Shown: positions 36,754-47,342, numbered from the stretch's first letter. The stretch is DNA of 64,000 nt from Patescibacteria group bacterium (GCA_043800905.1 JAZDMO010000007.1:1627-65626), one strand, 5' to 3'. Notes: generated by a model not told the origin, from the sequence alone. Made by a program: numbers and translations.

Positions 36754-37859
36754 AAAATATTTTAATTACAACTGGGGTTTATCCTCCAGAAATAGGTGGT
36801 CCTGCGACTTATTCTAAGTTACTTTTTGATGAATTGCCTAAACGAGGCTATGAAGTAGAAGTTTTGCCTTTTAATGAAGTCCGCCATTTACCAAAAGGGA
36901 TTCGTCATATTGTCTATTTTTTTAAAATTTTAAAAAAGGCTAAGGGTGTTGATATTATTTATGCCCAAGATCCAGTTAGTGTTGGTTTCCCTTCAATGTT
37001 GATGGCTAGAATTTTAAACAAAAGATTTTTTGTGAGAATTGCTGGTGATTATGCTTGGGAACAGGGAGTTCAGAGATTTGGGATTACGGAAGATTTAGAT
37101 TCTTTTGCTGAAAAAGAAAAAGGTTATAATTTTTTTGTAAAAATATTTAAAACAATTCAAACTTGGGTGGCTGGAGATGCTGAAAATGTCATTGTCCCTA
37201 GTTATTATTTTAAAGGAATTATTGAAAAATGGGGAATAGATTCTGAAAAAATAAAGGTAATTTACAACGGAATTAGATTAAACGAGTCAAACCTGCCTGC
37301 CGGCAGGCAGGAGTCGAAAGTCCATAATGTCGAAGGGAAGGTTTTGTTGTCAGTGGGGAGATTGGTTCCATGGAAAGGTTTTAAAGTTTTAATTGAATGT
37401 ATACCAGAGCTTTTGAAAGAAATTCCGAATTTAAAATTAAAAATTGTGGGAAGTGGTCCGCAAAAAGAAGAATTAGAAAATTTAATTAATGAATTGGATT
37501 TAAACGAAAGTGTGGTTTTGGCAGGGCAATTATCTAGAGAGGAATTGTTGGAAGAAAAGAAAAGGGCTGATATTTTTGTTTTTAATACTAATTGGGAATC
37601 TTTTTCTTTTGATACTGTGGAAGCCATGTCTTTGGGTTTGCCTGTGATTGCAACAGAAGTGGGGCCTTTGCCTGAATTGATAGAAAATGGAAAAGAAGGA
37701 ATTTTAGTTGAACCGAATAATAAAGACCAGATTATAGAATCGATTCTGTTTGTTCTAAAAAATAATAAATTTAGAGAAAAAATTATTAAAAATGCGAGAT
37801 TAAAAGTTCAGCGATTTTCTATTGAAAATACTTTGGATGAATTAGAAAAAGTTCTTTAA
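36750..37859 (+). CDS. glycosyltransferase family 4 carrying an in-frame copy of the 20-bp palindrome
   Basis: GT4 C-domain SFDTVEAMSLGLPVIATEVGPLPELI. 37292-37311 cctgcctgccggcaggcagg is translated as LPAGRQ in the interdomain region. Confidence 0.7.
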   Translation: MKNILITTGVYPPEIGGPATYSKLLFDELPKRGYEVEVLPFNEVRHLPKGIRHIVYFFKILKKAKGVDIIYAQDPVSVGFPSMLMARILNKRFFVRIAGDYAWEQGVQRFGITEDLDSFAEKEKGYNFFVKIFKTIQTWVAGDAENVIVPSYYFKGIIEKWGIDSEKIKVIYNGIRLNESNLPAGRQESKVHNVEGKVLLSVGRLVPWKGFKVLIECIPELLKEIPNLKLKIVGSGPQKEELENLINELDLNESVVLAGQLSREELLEEKKRADIFVFNTNWESFSFDTVEAMSLGLPVIATEVGPLPELIENGKEGILVEPNNKDQIIESILFVLKNNKFREKIIKNARLKVQRFSIENTLDELEKVL

Positions 37860-37898
37860 TTTTAAATACTGGATACCAAATACTGAATACTATATACT

Positions 37899-39029
37899 AT
37901 GTATATGAGGCTTTTATTGCTTAGTACTGATAAAAAAATATTGGAGGAAAATAGTGCTGTTCGTCAAAGAATGCTTGATTACGCTGGTTTAGTGGACCAT
38001 TTAGATATAACTGTTTTTAATTTGGCCGATAAAGATAAGGAGATTAAGGATAAAATTAAAATTGCCCAGAATGCTTTTGTTTATCCCACTAATTCAAAAT
38101 TTAAGTTAAATTACTACAAAGACGCCATCAACATTGCCATTGAAGAACTAGACGAAATTGACTTAGTGAGTGCTCAAGATCCTTATGAAACAGGTTTTAT
38201 TGCTTATAAAATTTCAGAGAAGATAAATACAAAATTAGAATTACAAATTCATACAGATATTTTTAATCCTAATTTTATTAGATTTTCTTGGGGAAATCGT
38301 TTCCGTTATTTTGTGGCAAAATTTTTATTGGATAAAGCGGATTCTATTCGGGTAGTTTCTAAAAGAATTAAATTGTCTTTACCAGAAAAATATCAAAGTA
38401 GAATAACTGTTTTACCAATTTTTATTGATCCTTTTTTTATTTCTAATCAAAAAGTTGGTTTTGACTTACATAAAAAATATCCACGTTTTAAATTTATTAT
38501 TGTGATGATAAGTCGTTTATCTCGGGAAAAAAACATTGGTTTAGCTTTGTACGCTTTGAAAGATGTTTTAAAAATTCTTCCTAAAACTGGTTTAGTAATT
38601 GTAGGAGACGGTCCTGAAAGAAAAAATTTAAAGAGGATCGCTAGAAAAACAGGAGTAGAAGAAAATGTTATTTTTAAATCTTGGGTAGAAAATCCTGTGC
38701 CTTATTACAAGAGTGCGAATTTATTTTTAAACACTTCTTTTTATGAAGGCTATGGAATGTCTTTAGTTGAAGCAACTTTATCAGGTTGCCCAGTGATGAC
38801 CACTAAGGTTGGAATTGTGGGGGAAATTTTGAGTAGTAATAATGCTTTCTTGGTGGAAATGAATAATCGAAAAAATTTAGCGAAAAATATAATCAATGCA
38901 CAACAACATCCTGAATTATTGGAAGCTTGTGCTAAAAAAGCTCAACAAGATTATATGAACAAATCTTTTCATTCAAGAAATGAATATTTAAGAGGTTTTA
39001 AAGAAATGTGGGAGAAAACTTCCCTATAA
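37899..39029 (+). CDS. glycosyltransferase family 4
   Basis: TSFYEGYGMSLVEATLSGCPVMTTKVGIVGEIL. Confidence 0.7.
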   Translation: MYMRLLLLSTDKKILEENSAVRQRMLDYAGLVDHLDITVFNLADKDKEIKDKIKIAQNAFVYPTNSKFKLNYYKDAINIAIEELDEIDLVSAQDPYETGFIAYKISEKINTKLELQIHTDIFNPNFIRFSWGNRFRYFVAKFLLDKADSIRVVSKRIKLSLPEKYQSRITVLPIFIDPFFISNQKVGFDLHKKYPRFKFIIVMISRLSREKNIGLALYALKDVLKILPKTGLVIVGDGPERKNLKRIARKTGVEENVIFKSWVENPVPYYKSANLFLNTSFYEGYGMSLVEATLSGCPVMTTKVGIVGEILSSNNAFLVEMNNRKNLAKNIINAQQHPELLEACAKKAQQDYMNKSFHSRNEYLRGFKEMWEKTSL

Positions 39030-39035
39030 AAAGAA

Positions 39036-39078
39036 AAGGCCCTACAAGGACGAAACCTTGTAGGGTGATCTTTTCCGT
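39036..39078 (+). terminator. intrinsic terminator
   Basis: aaggccctacaaggacgaaaccttgtagggtgatctttt. Confidence 0.55.
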
Positions 39079-39120
39079 TGGTGATTACTACTATAATATA
39101 CTACTATAATATACAAGTCA

Positions 39121-40203
39121 ATGAAATTATTAATCGTAACGCAAAAAGTAGATAAGAATGATGATGTACTCGGTTTTATGCACGGGTGGATTTCTGAATT
39201 TGCAAAACATTGTGAAAAGGTGACAGTAATTGCTTTAGGTGTGGGTGAATATGATTTACCTCGAAATGTAAAAGTCTTATCCTTGGGAAAGAATAATTTG
39301 TTATTGCGAGGAGTGAAGCGAAGCGGAACGACGTGGCAATCCAGCAACAAAAGTCGTAAAAAATATATTTTTAATTTTTATAAATATATCTGGCAGGAGC
39401 GAAAAAATTACGATAATGTGTTTGTTCACATGAACCCCGAATACGTGGTTCTAGGGTCAATTTTATGGCGATTTTGGGGTAAAAGGGTGGGACTTTGGTA
39501 CACACATAAGGCTGTTAATTTAAAGTTAAGGATAGCTGAGAAAATGGCTAATTTGGTGTTCTCGGCTAGTTCAGAATCTTTTGGTTTAAAAAGCAAAAAA
39601 CTTCATATTACGGGTCATGGAATTAATTTAGAACAGCTTAAAATTAAGAAAGATAAAATTCAAAATGAGATTTTCAAAATGATTTTAGTCGGAAGGATTG
39701 CTCCCATAAAAAATCAAGACATCTTGATTAAATCGGCGGTAATTTTAAAAAATAAATATCTGGATTTTAAATTTAAAATTGATTTAATTGGTGGGGCTGA
39801 TTCATATGTTCAAAGAGAATATAAAGTGCTTCTTGAAAGTTTGGTTAAAACAAATAATTTAGAAAATGAAATTAGTTTCGTTTCTCCTGTCGCTAATAAA
39901 GAAATCAATGCTATTTATGAAAAAGCGAATTTAAGTTTAAATTTGTGTCCCACAGGAGGAGCTGACAAAGTGGTTTTGGAATCAATGGCTTGTGAATTGC
40001 CTGTTATAGTTTTTAATAAAACCTTTGAGAATATTTTACCCGAAGAATTAATTTTAGAAAAATTAGAACCAGAACTTTTAGCAGAAAAAATTTATGAAAT
40101 TTCTCAGAAGAAAAATTTGAATTTTGGATTAAGAGAAAGGGTTGAAAAAAGTCATAATTTGAAAAAATTAATCATTAAGATTTTAAATTTATATTATGCT
40201 TAA
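39121..40203 (+). CDS. GT-B glycosyltransferase (GT4-like) carrying an in-frame repeat-element fragment
   Basis: GT-B C-domain features (CPTGGADKVVLESMACELPVIVF). 39301-39344 ttattgcgaggagtgaagcgaagcggaacgacgtggcaatccag is a family half-element, translated as LLRGVKRSGTTWQSS. Confidence 0.5.
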   Translation: MKLLIVTQKVDKNDDVLGFMHGWISEFAKHCEKVTVIALGVGEYDLPRNVKVLSLGKNNLLLRGVKRSGTTWQSSNKSRKKYIFNFYKYIWQERKNYDNVFVHMNPEYVVLGSILWRFWGKRVGLWYTHKAVNLKLRIAEKMANLVFSASSESFGLKSKKLHITGHGINLEQLKIKKDKIQNEIFKMILVGRIAPIKNQDILIKSAVILKNKYLDFKFKIDLIGGADSYVQREYKVLLESLVKTNNLENEISFVSPVANKEINAIYEKANLSLNLCPTGGADKVVLESMACELPVIVFNKTFENILPEELILEKLEPELLAEKIYEISQKKNLNFGLRERVEKSHNLKKLIIKILNLYYA

Positions 40204-41225
40204 AGTTTGTTTTTTTGGAATTTATAATCCTGAGTATTCGAGAAACCGGGTGTTGATGAACGGTTTACGTCAAAACGATGTGGTTGTTTTAGAATGTCGT
40301 TCAGAAAAGACTGGTTTTAAAAAATATATTGATTTAATTAAAAAACATTGGAAGATAAGAAAAGATTATAATGTTTTGTTCGTGGCGTTTCCGGGTTTCC
40401 AAACAATGATTTTAGCTCGTTTTCTTACTAGAAAGAAAATAATTTTTGATTCCTTTGCCCCCATTTATGAATCTGAAGTTTTGGATAGAAAAAATATAAA
40501 AAAAGAAAGTTTAAAAGCTAAATATTATTGGTTGCTTGATTGGGCTTCTTTTAAATTAGCAGATATTGTTTTAGTTTTTACTGATGAATACAGAAAATAC
40601 TTTATAGAAAGTTTTAATATTGATGAAAAAAAAGATAAGAAAAATTTTATTGGGGACTTCGACTGATTTATTTTTTCCCCAAAATGCTATTGAAGACGGA
40701 AAGTTTAAGATTTATTTTTATGGACATTTGATTCCCTTACAAGGACAGGAATATATTCTTGAGGCAGCTTGTTTGTTAGAAAAACACGATGATATTGTTT
40801 TTTTGATGGGTGGGTCGGTTGCTAAGAAAAAATATGATGACGGTTCTTTCAAAAATGTAATTTTTAAAGAAAATGTTTTTAAAGAAAAATTGGCCGAGGA
40901 TATTCAAGGAAGTGATGTTTGTTTAGGAATTTTTGGTGACACAATAAAATCAAAAAGAGTTATTCCGAATAAAATTTATGATTATGTCGCTTGTAGAAAA
41001 CCAGTAATTACAGCCGATACACCTGCTATTAGAGAATTATTTGACGAGAATGATTTATATTTAGTGCCAACCGCTAATTCAGAGGCTTTAGCTAAAGCTA
41101 TTTTGAAATTAAAAGAAGATTCTGACTTAAGAGAAAAATTAGCTGAAAATAGTTATAATAAGTTTACTCAAAACTGTACTCCCAAAATATTAGGTAAAGA
41201 ATTGTTAAAGATTATCTCTTTTTAA
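40196..41225 (+). pseudogene. WcaI-like group 1 glycosyltransferase, split into two ORFs (40196-40666 and 40620-41225) by a +1 frameshift at or near an A8 tract
   Basis: ORF1 is a GT-B N-domain and ORF2 a GT-B C-domain (RVIPNKIYDYVACRKPVITADTPAIRELF). They overlap in different frames around gatgaaaaaaaagat (A8, 40626-40633). Confidence 0.5.
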
Positions 41226-41229
41226 AATA

Positions 41230-42258
41230 ATGAAAATTTATATAAGTAAAATTTTAGATTTACCATACCTTCCAATTTTGTACCCCAATTTAGGATTTCA
41301 AACAAAAGGAGGTTTTTTATTTTTAAATAAAGGTCAAAACTTTTTTGATAAAACTTTTTTTGATTTAGTTTTTGAACCTGAAGAAGCTGATTTTTTAATG
41401 TTGCCCCATAATTACCCTTTGATAAAAAATCAAGAAAATTATTTAAAAGAAATAATAGACCTTTCTAAAAAATTACAAAAGAAAATTATTGTTTTTGTAT
41501 ATGGAGATTCAGACGGGGAAGTTAATATAGAAAATTCTGTGGTTTTTAGAACTTCACAATATAAATTTAAAAAGAAATTTAATGAAATTATCGCCCCTCC
41601 TTTTATAGAAGATTTGTTAGAAAATACAAATATTTCTTTGCGAGAGAAAAAAGAAAAACCAAGAGTTGGTTTTTGTGGTTTTGCTGATATCAGAGGTTGG
41701 AAAGGAAAATTAAAATTTTGGATTAAAACTTTTTTTGCTTCAAGAGAAGTTTATCGGCAAGGAATTTTCTTTAGGAAAAAAGCTATTAAGGTTTTAGAAA
41801 AATCTAATTTAGTAAAAACTAATTTTATTTTAAGGGACTTTTATTCAGGAAATTTAAAAACGATTAAAATTCTTCCTGAAATTGCAAGAAATGAATATAT
41901 AAATAACCTTTTAAATTCTGATTTCGTCTTAGCTCCTAAAGGTGACGGTAATTTTTCTTTGAGATTTTTTGAAGCTCTTTCTCTTGGAAGAATCCCTGTG
42001 TTAATTGATACTGAGTGTATTCTTCCTTTGGAAGAAGTAGCTAATTATGATGATTTTGTTTTAAGAATTGACTATAAGAATATCTCTAACTTAGATAAGA
42101 TTATTTTTGATTTTTATGATAAATTATCTGATAAGGATTGGGAAAATATGCAAAAAATGGCGAGAGAAAGTTTTGTTAATTATCTTAATGTGAAAAGCTT
42201 TTACCAACTCTTTTTTTCTGATAACGGTTTTTTGATGAAAAATTATTTGAATCTATGA
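41230..42258 (+). CDS. exostosin-like (GT47-type) putative glycosyltransferase
   Basis: C-terminal DFVLAPKGDGNFSLRFFEALSLGRIPVLIDTECILPLEEVANYDDFVL resembles the exostosin/GT47 C-terminal motif. Confidence 0.45.
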   Translation: MKIYISKILDLPYLPILYPNLGFQTKGGFLFLNKGQNFFDKTFFDLVFEPEEADFLMLPHNYPLIKNQENYLKEIIDLSKKLQKKIIVFVYGDSDGEVNIENSVVFRTSQYKFKKKFNEIIAPPFIEDLLENTNISLREKKEKPRVGFCGFADIRGWKGKLKFWIKTFFASREVYRQGIFFRKKAIKVLEKSNLVKTNFILRDFYSGNLKTIKILPEIARNEYINNLLNSDFVLAPKGDGNFSLRFFEALSLGRIPVLIDTECILPLEEVANYDDFVLRIDYKNISNLDKIIFDFYDKLSDKDWENMQKMARESFVNYLNVKSFYQLFFSDNGFLMKNYLNL

Positions 42259-43292
42259 AATATAAAAATTTAATTTATTTTCAAAACGGGTCCATGGGGG
42301 ATTTTTTAATGACAATTTTCTTCTTGGAAAATGTTTATTTAAATAATCCTGAATTGAATCTTTATGTCGTGGTGCCAAAAAGTGAAAAGCTTCTACAACA
42401 ATTTTTAGAAAAATATTCTTACATTAAAATAATTTTAGTAAATCGTAAATCCTATAAGGGGATTTCGGGAATGATAAAATTATTAAAATTTTATTTTTCT
42501 TCTAATTTGGTTTTAACAGCTCCCACCCCAGGAAAACTTTCCTTGTTGGTAAAGTTGCAAGCTAAAATGATAGCTTTGATGCCATATTCTAAATTGGTAG
42601 GTTTTGACGATGGAGAGAAAATAAATGAAACTATTTATAATGAAGTTTTAGACTATCATACAGATATAATTTATCCCGAATTTTTAAAACAAGTTTTGCT
42701 TTCACTAGGTTTTGAAATCAAAATAGAAAATCCTTTATTTAGATATCAAAAAGACGAAAACATCTTGAAAAGAATGGATTTAACAGAAAATAGTTTTGTG
42801 GTAATTAATCCTTTGGCGGCTACACAAGGAAGAAGTTTAAACGGAAAAGAAATGTCAGATTTTATAAAAGAAATTAAAAAAATAAATAATAATTTAAAAA
42901 TTGTTTTAACTGGAGGAGGAAATGATAGCGAAATTCTTCAAAATTTCTCTAAAATTTTTGACAATGTTTTTGTTTTTGTTAATTTAAGAATAACTGATTT
43001 ATGTAATTTAATTGAGGGAGCAAATTTATTTGTGGGGGTAGACACGGGGACTACTCACCTTGCTTCTTTTTTAAATAAAAAATCTTTGGTTATCGCTAAA
43101 AACGGAACTCCAAATTGGTTGCCTTATTACAATAAAAATGCTCGTATTTTATTTTCAATTAACAATTGCAACCAAGTGATTTATGAAGGAAGAGATTTTT
43201 TGGAAAAAAATAGGGGTAGTAAATTAAGATGTTTAGAAAATGTTCCTGTTGAGGTTGTTAAAAGATCTTTAGGCGAAATATTAACAAAATAA
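42255..43292 (+). CDS. glycosyltransferase family 9 (heptosyltransferase-like)
   Basis: VVINPLAATQGRSLNGKEMSDFIKEI and NLFVGVDTGTTHLASFLNKKSLVI match GT9 signatures. Confidence 0.6.
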   Translation: MKYKNLIYFQNGSMGDFLMTIFFLENVYLNNPELNLYVVVPKSEKLLQQFLEKYSYIKIILVNRKSYKGISGMIKLLKFYFSSNLVLTAPTPGKLSLLVKLQAKMIALMPYSKLVGFDDGEKINETIYNEVLDYHTDIIYPEFLKQVLLSLGFEIKIENPLFRYQKDENILKRMDLTENSFVVINPLAATQGRSLNGKEMSDFIKEIKKINNNLKIVLTGGGNDSEILQNFSKIFDNVFVFVNLRITDLCNLIEGANLFVGVDTGTTHLASFLNKKSLVIAKNGTPNWLPYYNKNARILFSINNCNQVIYEGRDFLEKNRGSKLRCLENVPVEVVKRSLGEILTK

Positions 43293-44444
43293 ATGGAAAA
43301 AGAAACATATTCAAAAAGAATAGCTTTTTATACGATTGCTTTGCATAGCGGTGGTGGTGAAAGAGTGCTTTTGGATTTGGCACAGGGATTTGTGGAAGAC
43401 GGTTTTAAGGTGGATTTGCTTTTATTTCGTCGCGAAGGTTCGTTAAAAGATAAAGTAGACTCTAGAATAAATATTATTGAACTAGAATCTTCTCGGATTG
43501 CTTTTTCTATTTTCCCAATAATAAAATATCTGAGAGAAAAAAAACCTTTGTTTATTTTAGGAACCTCCGAGCATGCTAACTTGATTTTAATTTTAGCTAA
43601 AATGATTTCTATGACTAAGACAAAAATTTTTGTTAGAGTTGGAATGACTTTTTCTGATTTATTTAAGCAGTATAAAAATAAACGAGACAGATTAATCCCT
43701 TTTTTGATTAAATTTTTGTATCCCTATGCGGATAAAATAATTGCTAATTCTCAAAATGTAGCTTTTGATTTAGAAAGGGTTTCTAAAATTCCAAAAAATA
43801 AAATACAGGTTATTTATAATCCAAAGTTTATTTCAGAGATAGAAAAAAGAGCAGTTCAGGGAGAGTGGAAATATTCTGATAAATTTACTATTTTGGCTAT
43901 TGGAAGATTACAAAAACAAAAAGATTTTGAAACCTTAATTAAAGCTTTTTCTTTAGTAAAACAAAAAATAGATGCTCAACTAATTATTTTAGGGGAGGGA
44001 GGGGAAAAAGATAATTTAAATAATTTAATTTATGAATTGAATTTGAGAGGATATGTTTATTTGGTTGGTTTTGTGGAAAATCCTTATTTGTATATGAAAA
44101 ACGCAGATGTTTTTGTTTCCTCTTCACTTTGGGAAGGCTTTTCTAATGCTCTAGTAGAAGCCGGTATTTTATCTTTGCCGATTATCGCTACTGATTGCGG
44201 ATCCGGGTCAAGGGAATTATTGGCCCCTCGCTCTGACTTTAATAAAACCTTAGAAAAAGGTAAAATAGAATATGTACAAAATGGAATCTTGGTAGCAAAA
44301 CAAGATATAGAAAAAATAGCGGAAGCTATTATTTGTCTTTTTGAGGATGAAGTTTTAAGAAAAAAATATTCAGAAAGAATTCAAAAACAAAGTCAAAAAT
44401 TTGAAATAAAGAAAATATTAGAAGAGTATAAAAAATTAATTTAA
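43293..44444 (+). CDS. glycosyltransferase family 4
   Basis: FVSSSLWEGFSNALVEAGILSLPIIATDCGSGSRELL. Confidence 0.7.
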   Translation: MEKETYSKRIAFYTIALHSGGGERVLLDLAQGFVEDGFKVDLLLFRREGSLKDKVDSRINIIELESSRIAFSIFPIIKYLREKKPLFILGTSEHANLILILAKMISMTKTKIFVRVGMTFSDLFKQYKNKRDRLIPFLIKFLYPYADKIIANSQNVAFDLERVSKIPKNKIQVIYNPKFISEIEKRAVQGEWKYSDKFTILAIGRLQKQKDFETLIKAFSLVKQKIDAQLIILGEGGEKDNLNNLIYELNLRGYVYLVGFVENPYLYMKNADVFVSSSLWEGFSNALVEAGILSLPIIATDCGSGSRELLAPRSDFNKTLEKGKIEYVQNGILVAKQDIEKIAEAIICLFEDEVLRKKYSERIQKQSQKFEIKKILEEYKKLI

Positions 44445-44445
44445 A

Positions 44446-45117
44446 GTGAAAGTATTTATATTAAAATTAATAGTAAAATACAGAAAATTAGAAAGTATAT
44501 TCTTGTGGTTGTTAAAAGATATTACTGTAAAAGTTCATGATGTAAGAATTAAAACCCATATTACTGATATGTCAGATGCTCAAACTTTTAGGGAAATATT
44601 TTTAAAAGGAGAATATGATAGAGAATTAGGAACTCCAAAAACAATTTTAGACTTAGGTTCTAATGTTGGTTATTCAATATTATTTTTTAAGGCAAAATAT
44701 CCGGATGCTGTGATTTGTGGATATGAGGCAAACCCCGAAACTTTTAAAAAATTAAAAAGAAATGTGGGCCATTTAAATAATGTAAAGATTTTTAATAAGG
44801 CCATAAGTGACAAAAACGGTTTTGAAAAAATGTATTTAGGTAGTAGTTCAGCATCATCTTCTTTAGTGGATAGATTTGATGAAAATTTTCCTACAGCGCA
44901 AGTAGAATGTATAGAGTTACCCAAGCAAGATTTTGATTTAATTAAATTTGATATAGAGGGAGGGGAACATAAGGTTATAAAGAACCCAACAAATACTAAA
45001 TATATTATAGGAGAGGTTCATTATGATTTAGGGAGTGGATTTAAATTAGATAATTTTGATTTAAAAATTATTAAAATATCAAGGTACCGAGAAGTTGTAT
45101 GGGGTTATCTTAAATAA
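44446..45117 (+). CDS. FkbM-family methyltransferase
   Basis: ILDLGSNVGYSILFF...GYEANPETFKKLKRN...IKFDIEGGEHKV, the FkbM pattern. The true start may be the internal ATG near 44569. Confidence 0.6.
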   Translation: MKVFILKLIVKYRKLESIFLWLLKDITVKVHDVRIKTHITDMSDAQTFREIFLKGEYDRELGTPKTILDLGSNVGYSILFFKAKYPDAVICGYEANPETFKKLKRNVGHLNNVKIFNKAISDKNGFEKMYLGSSSASSSLVDRFDENFPTAQVECIELPKQDFDLIKFDIEGGEHKVIKNPTNTKYIIGEVHYDLGSGFKLDNFDLKIIKISRYREVVWGYLK

Positions 45118-45756
45118 ATGATCAAAATTAAAATATATAAATCAAAAGAAAAGTTAATTAAAGATAAAATTTCTAAAGATGATGTAGTTTTGGATGTGGG
45201 TTTTTGGGGGCAGAATACGAATATAGATAGTAAAGATTGGGTGCATAAAATTTTATTATCTCAGAGTAGTAATGTTTTTGGTGTTGATTTAAATTTCGAT
45301 GGTGGTCGATTGAGAAATCTTGGAAATTATAGAAAACAATCAGCTGAAAATTTTGATTTTGATAAAAAATTTGATGTAATTTTTGCCGGAGATTTAATTG
45401 AGCACCTTTCAAATTTAGGTTTATTTTTGGATTCTTGTAAGAGAAATTTAAAAGATGAAGGAACATTGATAATTACTACCCCAAACGCTTTTGGTCTTTT
45501 TAATATAATGGAAAAACTTTTAAAAAAAGAGCCAAGTGTAAATAGTGATCATACTGTCTATTTTAATTTTATAGTTCTTAAAAAATTATTAGAAAAGAAT
45601 GGCTGGGAAGTTACAGAAGAAAGTTATTTAGATGATGTGTGGCCTAAATATAGACAAAGTCTAAAAAGAAAATTTCTCTATTTGATTTATAAATTTTTTA
45701 ATTTTTTTACTGATAAGTTTGTGGAAAATCTAGTAATTATTGTTAAAAAAAAATGA
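45118..45756 (+). CDS. class I SAM-dependent methyltransferase
   Basis: VLDVGFWGQ (motif I), FDVIFAGDLIEHLSN (motif II/III), TPNAF. Confidence 0.6.
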   Translation: MIKIKIYKSKEKLIKDKISKDDVVLDVGFWGQNTNIDSKDWVHKILLSQSSNVFGVDLNFDGGRLRNLGNYRKQSAENFDFDKKFDVIFAGDLIEHLSNLGLFLDSCKRNLKDEGTLIITTPNAFGLFNIMEKLLKKEPSVNSDHTVYFNFIVLKKLLEKNGWEVTEESYLDDVWPKYRQSLKRKFLYLIYKFFNFFTDKFVENLVIIVKKK

Positions 45757-46475
45757 AAAATAAAGTTGTAATTTATACAGCCATTTTTGGCGGAAAAGAT
45801 AACTTGATTGAACCGGAATTTATTCCTGAAGGATGTGATTTTGTGTGTTTTACTGATTCAGATTTTGTTTCGGGTGTTTGGGAAGTTAGAAAAGTAAAAC
45901 CTGAGTTTGAAGATCCAAACAGAAGCGCAAAAATTTACAAAATTTTGCCTCATAAATATTTTCCAGAATATGAAATTAGTATTTGGATTGATGGAAATAT
46001 GTTGGTGAAAGGGGATGTGAGTGAGTTAATAAAAAAATATTTAAAAGATGTTAACTTTTCAGCTTTTGACCATACCCCCTATAGAAAATTTTGGAAAAAG
46101 TTTTTTCCTTTGAAATTCGAAGAATATCGTGATTGTGTTTACGATGAAGCAAGATTCATTTTAGAGCTTGGTAAAAAGAGAGTGAAATATAAAGATGATC
46201 CTGAATTAATTAAATTTCAAATAGAAAAATATCGTAAAGAAAATTATCCCAAACATAGTGGTTTAATAGTGGGGATGGTTTTGTTGAGAAGACATAATGA
46301 AGAAGATGTCATACAAACAATGGAAGCTTGGTGGCAAGAAATTCAAAATGGAAGTTGTAGAGACCAATTAAGTTTTAATTATGTCGCTTGGAAAAATAAT
46401 TTTAATTTTTGTTATATAGAACAAAGTTCTAGAAAAAACAGGTGGTTTCTACATACACAACACAGGTTAAAATAG
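45753..46475 (+). CDS. DUF616/TOD1-like putative glycosyltransferase
   Basis: VIYTAIFGGKDNL...CFTDSDF...IWIDGNM. Confidence 0.45.
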   Translation: MKNKVVIYTAIFGGKDNLIEPEFIPEGCDFVCFTDSDFVSGVWEVRKVKPEFEDPNRSAKIYKILPHKYFPEYEISIWIDGNMLVKGDVSELIKKYLKDVNFSAFDHTPYRKFWKKFFPLKFEEYRDCVYDEARFILELGKKRVKYKDDPELIKFQIEKYRKENYPKHSGLIVGMVLLRRHNEEDVIQTMEAWWQEIQNGSCRDQLSFNYVAWKNNFNFCYIEQSSRKNRWFLHTQHRLK

Positions 46476-46484
46476 AGCTTTAAA

Positions 46485-47342
46485 TTAAATTTTAAGTATC
46501 TTTTTTAAGATGAGTTTAATTTTCTTTTTAATGCTTGTTTTTTGCCCATAAAACCATTTGTTTTCTCTTTCTGCATATAGTCCTGCATTCAAATATTTTT
46601 TAATATTAATTCTTTCTTTATATTTTTTCCTTTGCTGTTTTAATCTTTCCCCTGTTATGTTTGTGTGGAAGACTGTCCAGTCTTCATCTTCTTCCTTCAT
46701 CAAAGTATAAACTTTGTGTTTTTGAATGTAATTTTCCCAAGCTACCTCGACAGTTCTTCTTTGGTTTGGTTCAGGATTATTTTCTCTAAAACCGGAATCA
46801 ATAAAATCACCTGCATATTCTCGCATAGCTTTTGTGTGAGTGTCTCTTTTTATAAGCGCGAAGTTTTCGCTTAATCTGTCGCTGAAATAATAACCGTCCC
46901 AAGCATTATGATGTTTTGCTTTATAGTTAGAAGAACCGCCAAAGGCAAAAATTTCTCCTTTATTAAGAAAGGAAATTGCTTTTTCTAACCAGCCATCATT
47001 TTTTTGACAATAAGGGAGAGTATCAAATTTAAAAAATAACAAATATTTTTTTCGTGACAAATTGGCAACATGATATTCTCGTATATGAGCAAAATCTTTT
47101 CCTTTTTCTGGATGATTTTCTTTATTTAATGAGAGAGTATCTATTAATCCTTGATCTAATAATTCAAGATAGGCTTTTTTTGTGTTTTGATTGCTTCCTG
47201 CGTCCATAATAATAACTTCTGCTGGTTTTCCACCAAGGAATTTAAACCAGTCCAAAAGAACATCTTTTAAATTTTCATGATTGCCATAATTGGCACAAAC
47301 CATAGAAATTTCATTTAGAATATTTTGTTTATTTTCGCTCAT
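46485..47342 (-). CDS. hypothetical protein, possibly a GT-A-like nucleotide-sugar transferase
   Basis: 285 aa. The VIIMDAGSNQNT segment is only weakly reminiscent of the GT-A DxD region. No firm family. Confidence 0.3.
   Translation of the reverse strand: MSENKQNILNEISMVCANYGNHENLKDVLLDWFKFLGGKPAEVIIMDAGSNQNTKKAYLELLDQGLIDTLSLNKENHPEKGKDFAHIREYHVANLSRKKYLLFFKFDTLPYCQKNDGWLEKAISFLNKGEIFAFGGSSNYKAKHHNAWDGYYFSDRLSENFALIKRDTHTKAMREYAGDFIDSGFRENNPEPNQRRTVEVAWENYIQKHKVYTLMKEEDEDWTVFHTNITGERLKQQRKKYKERINIKKYLNAGLYAERENKWFYGQKTSIKKKIKLILKKILKI

Noticed and set aside
39042-39350. 102-aa minus-strand ORF across the terminator and the 5' end of the GT gene at 39121
   Set aside because: It covers an intrinsic terminator hairpin and a repeat-element fragment. 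It is antisense to a supported CDS.
40620-40666. Programmed ribosomal frameshift as the explanation for the split glycosyltransferase
   Set aside because: There is no slippery heptamer plus downstream structure typical of programmed +1/-1 sites. A simple A8 homopolymer indel (phase variation, pseudogenisation or sequencing error) is the more economical explanation.
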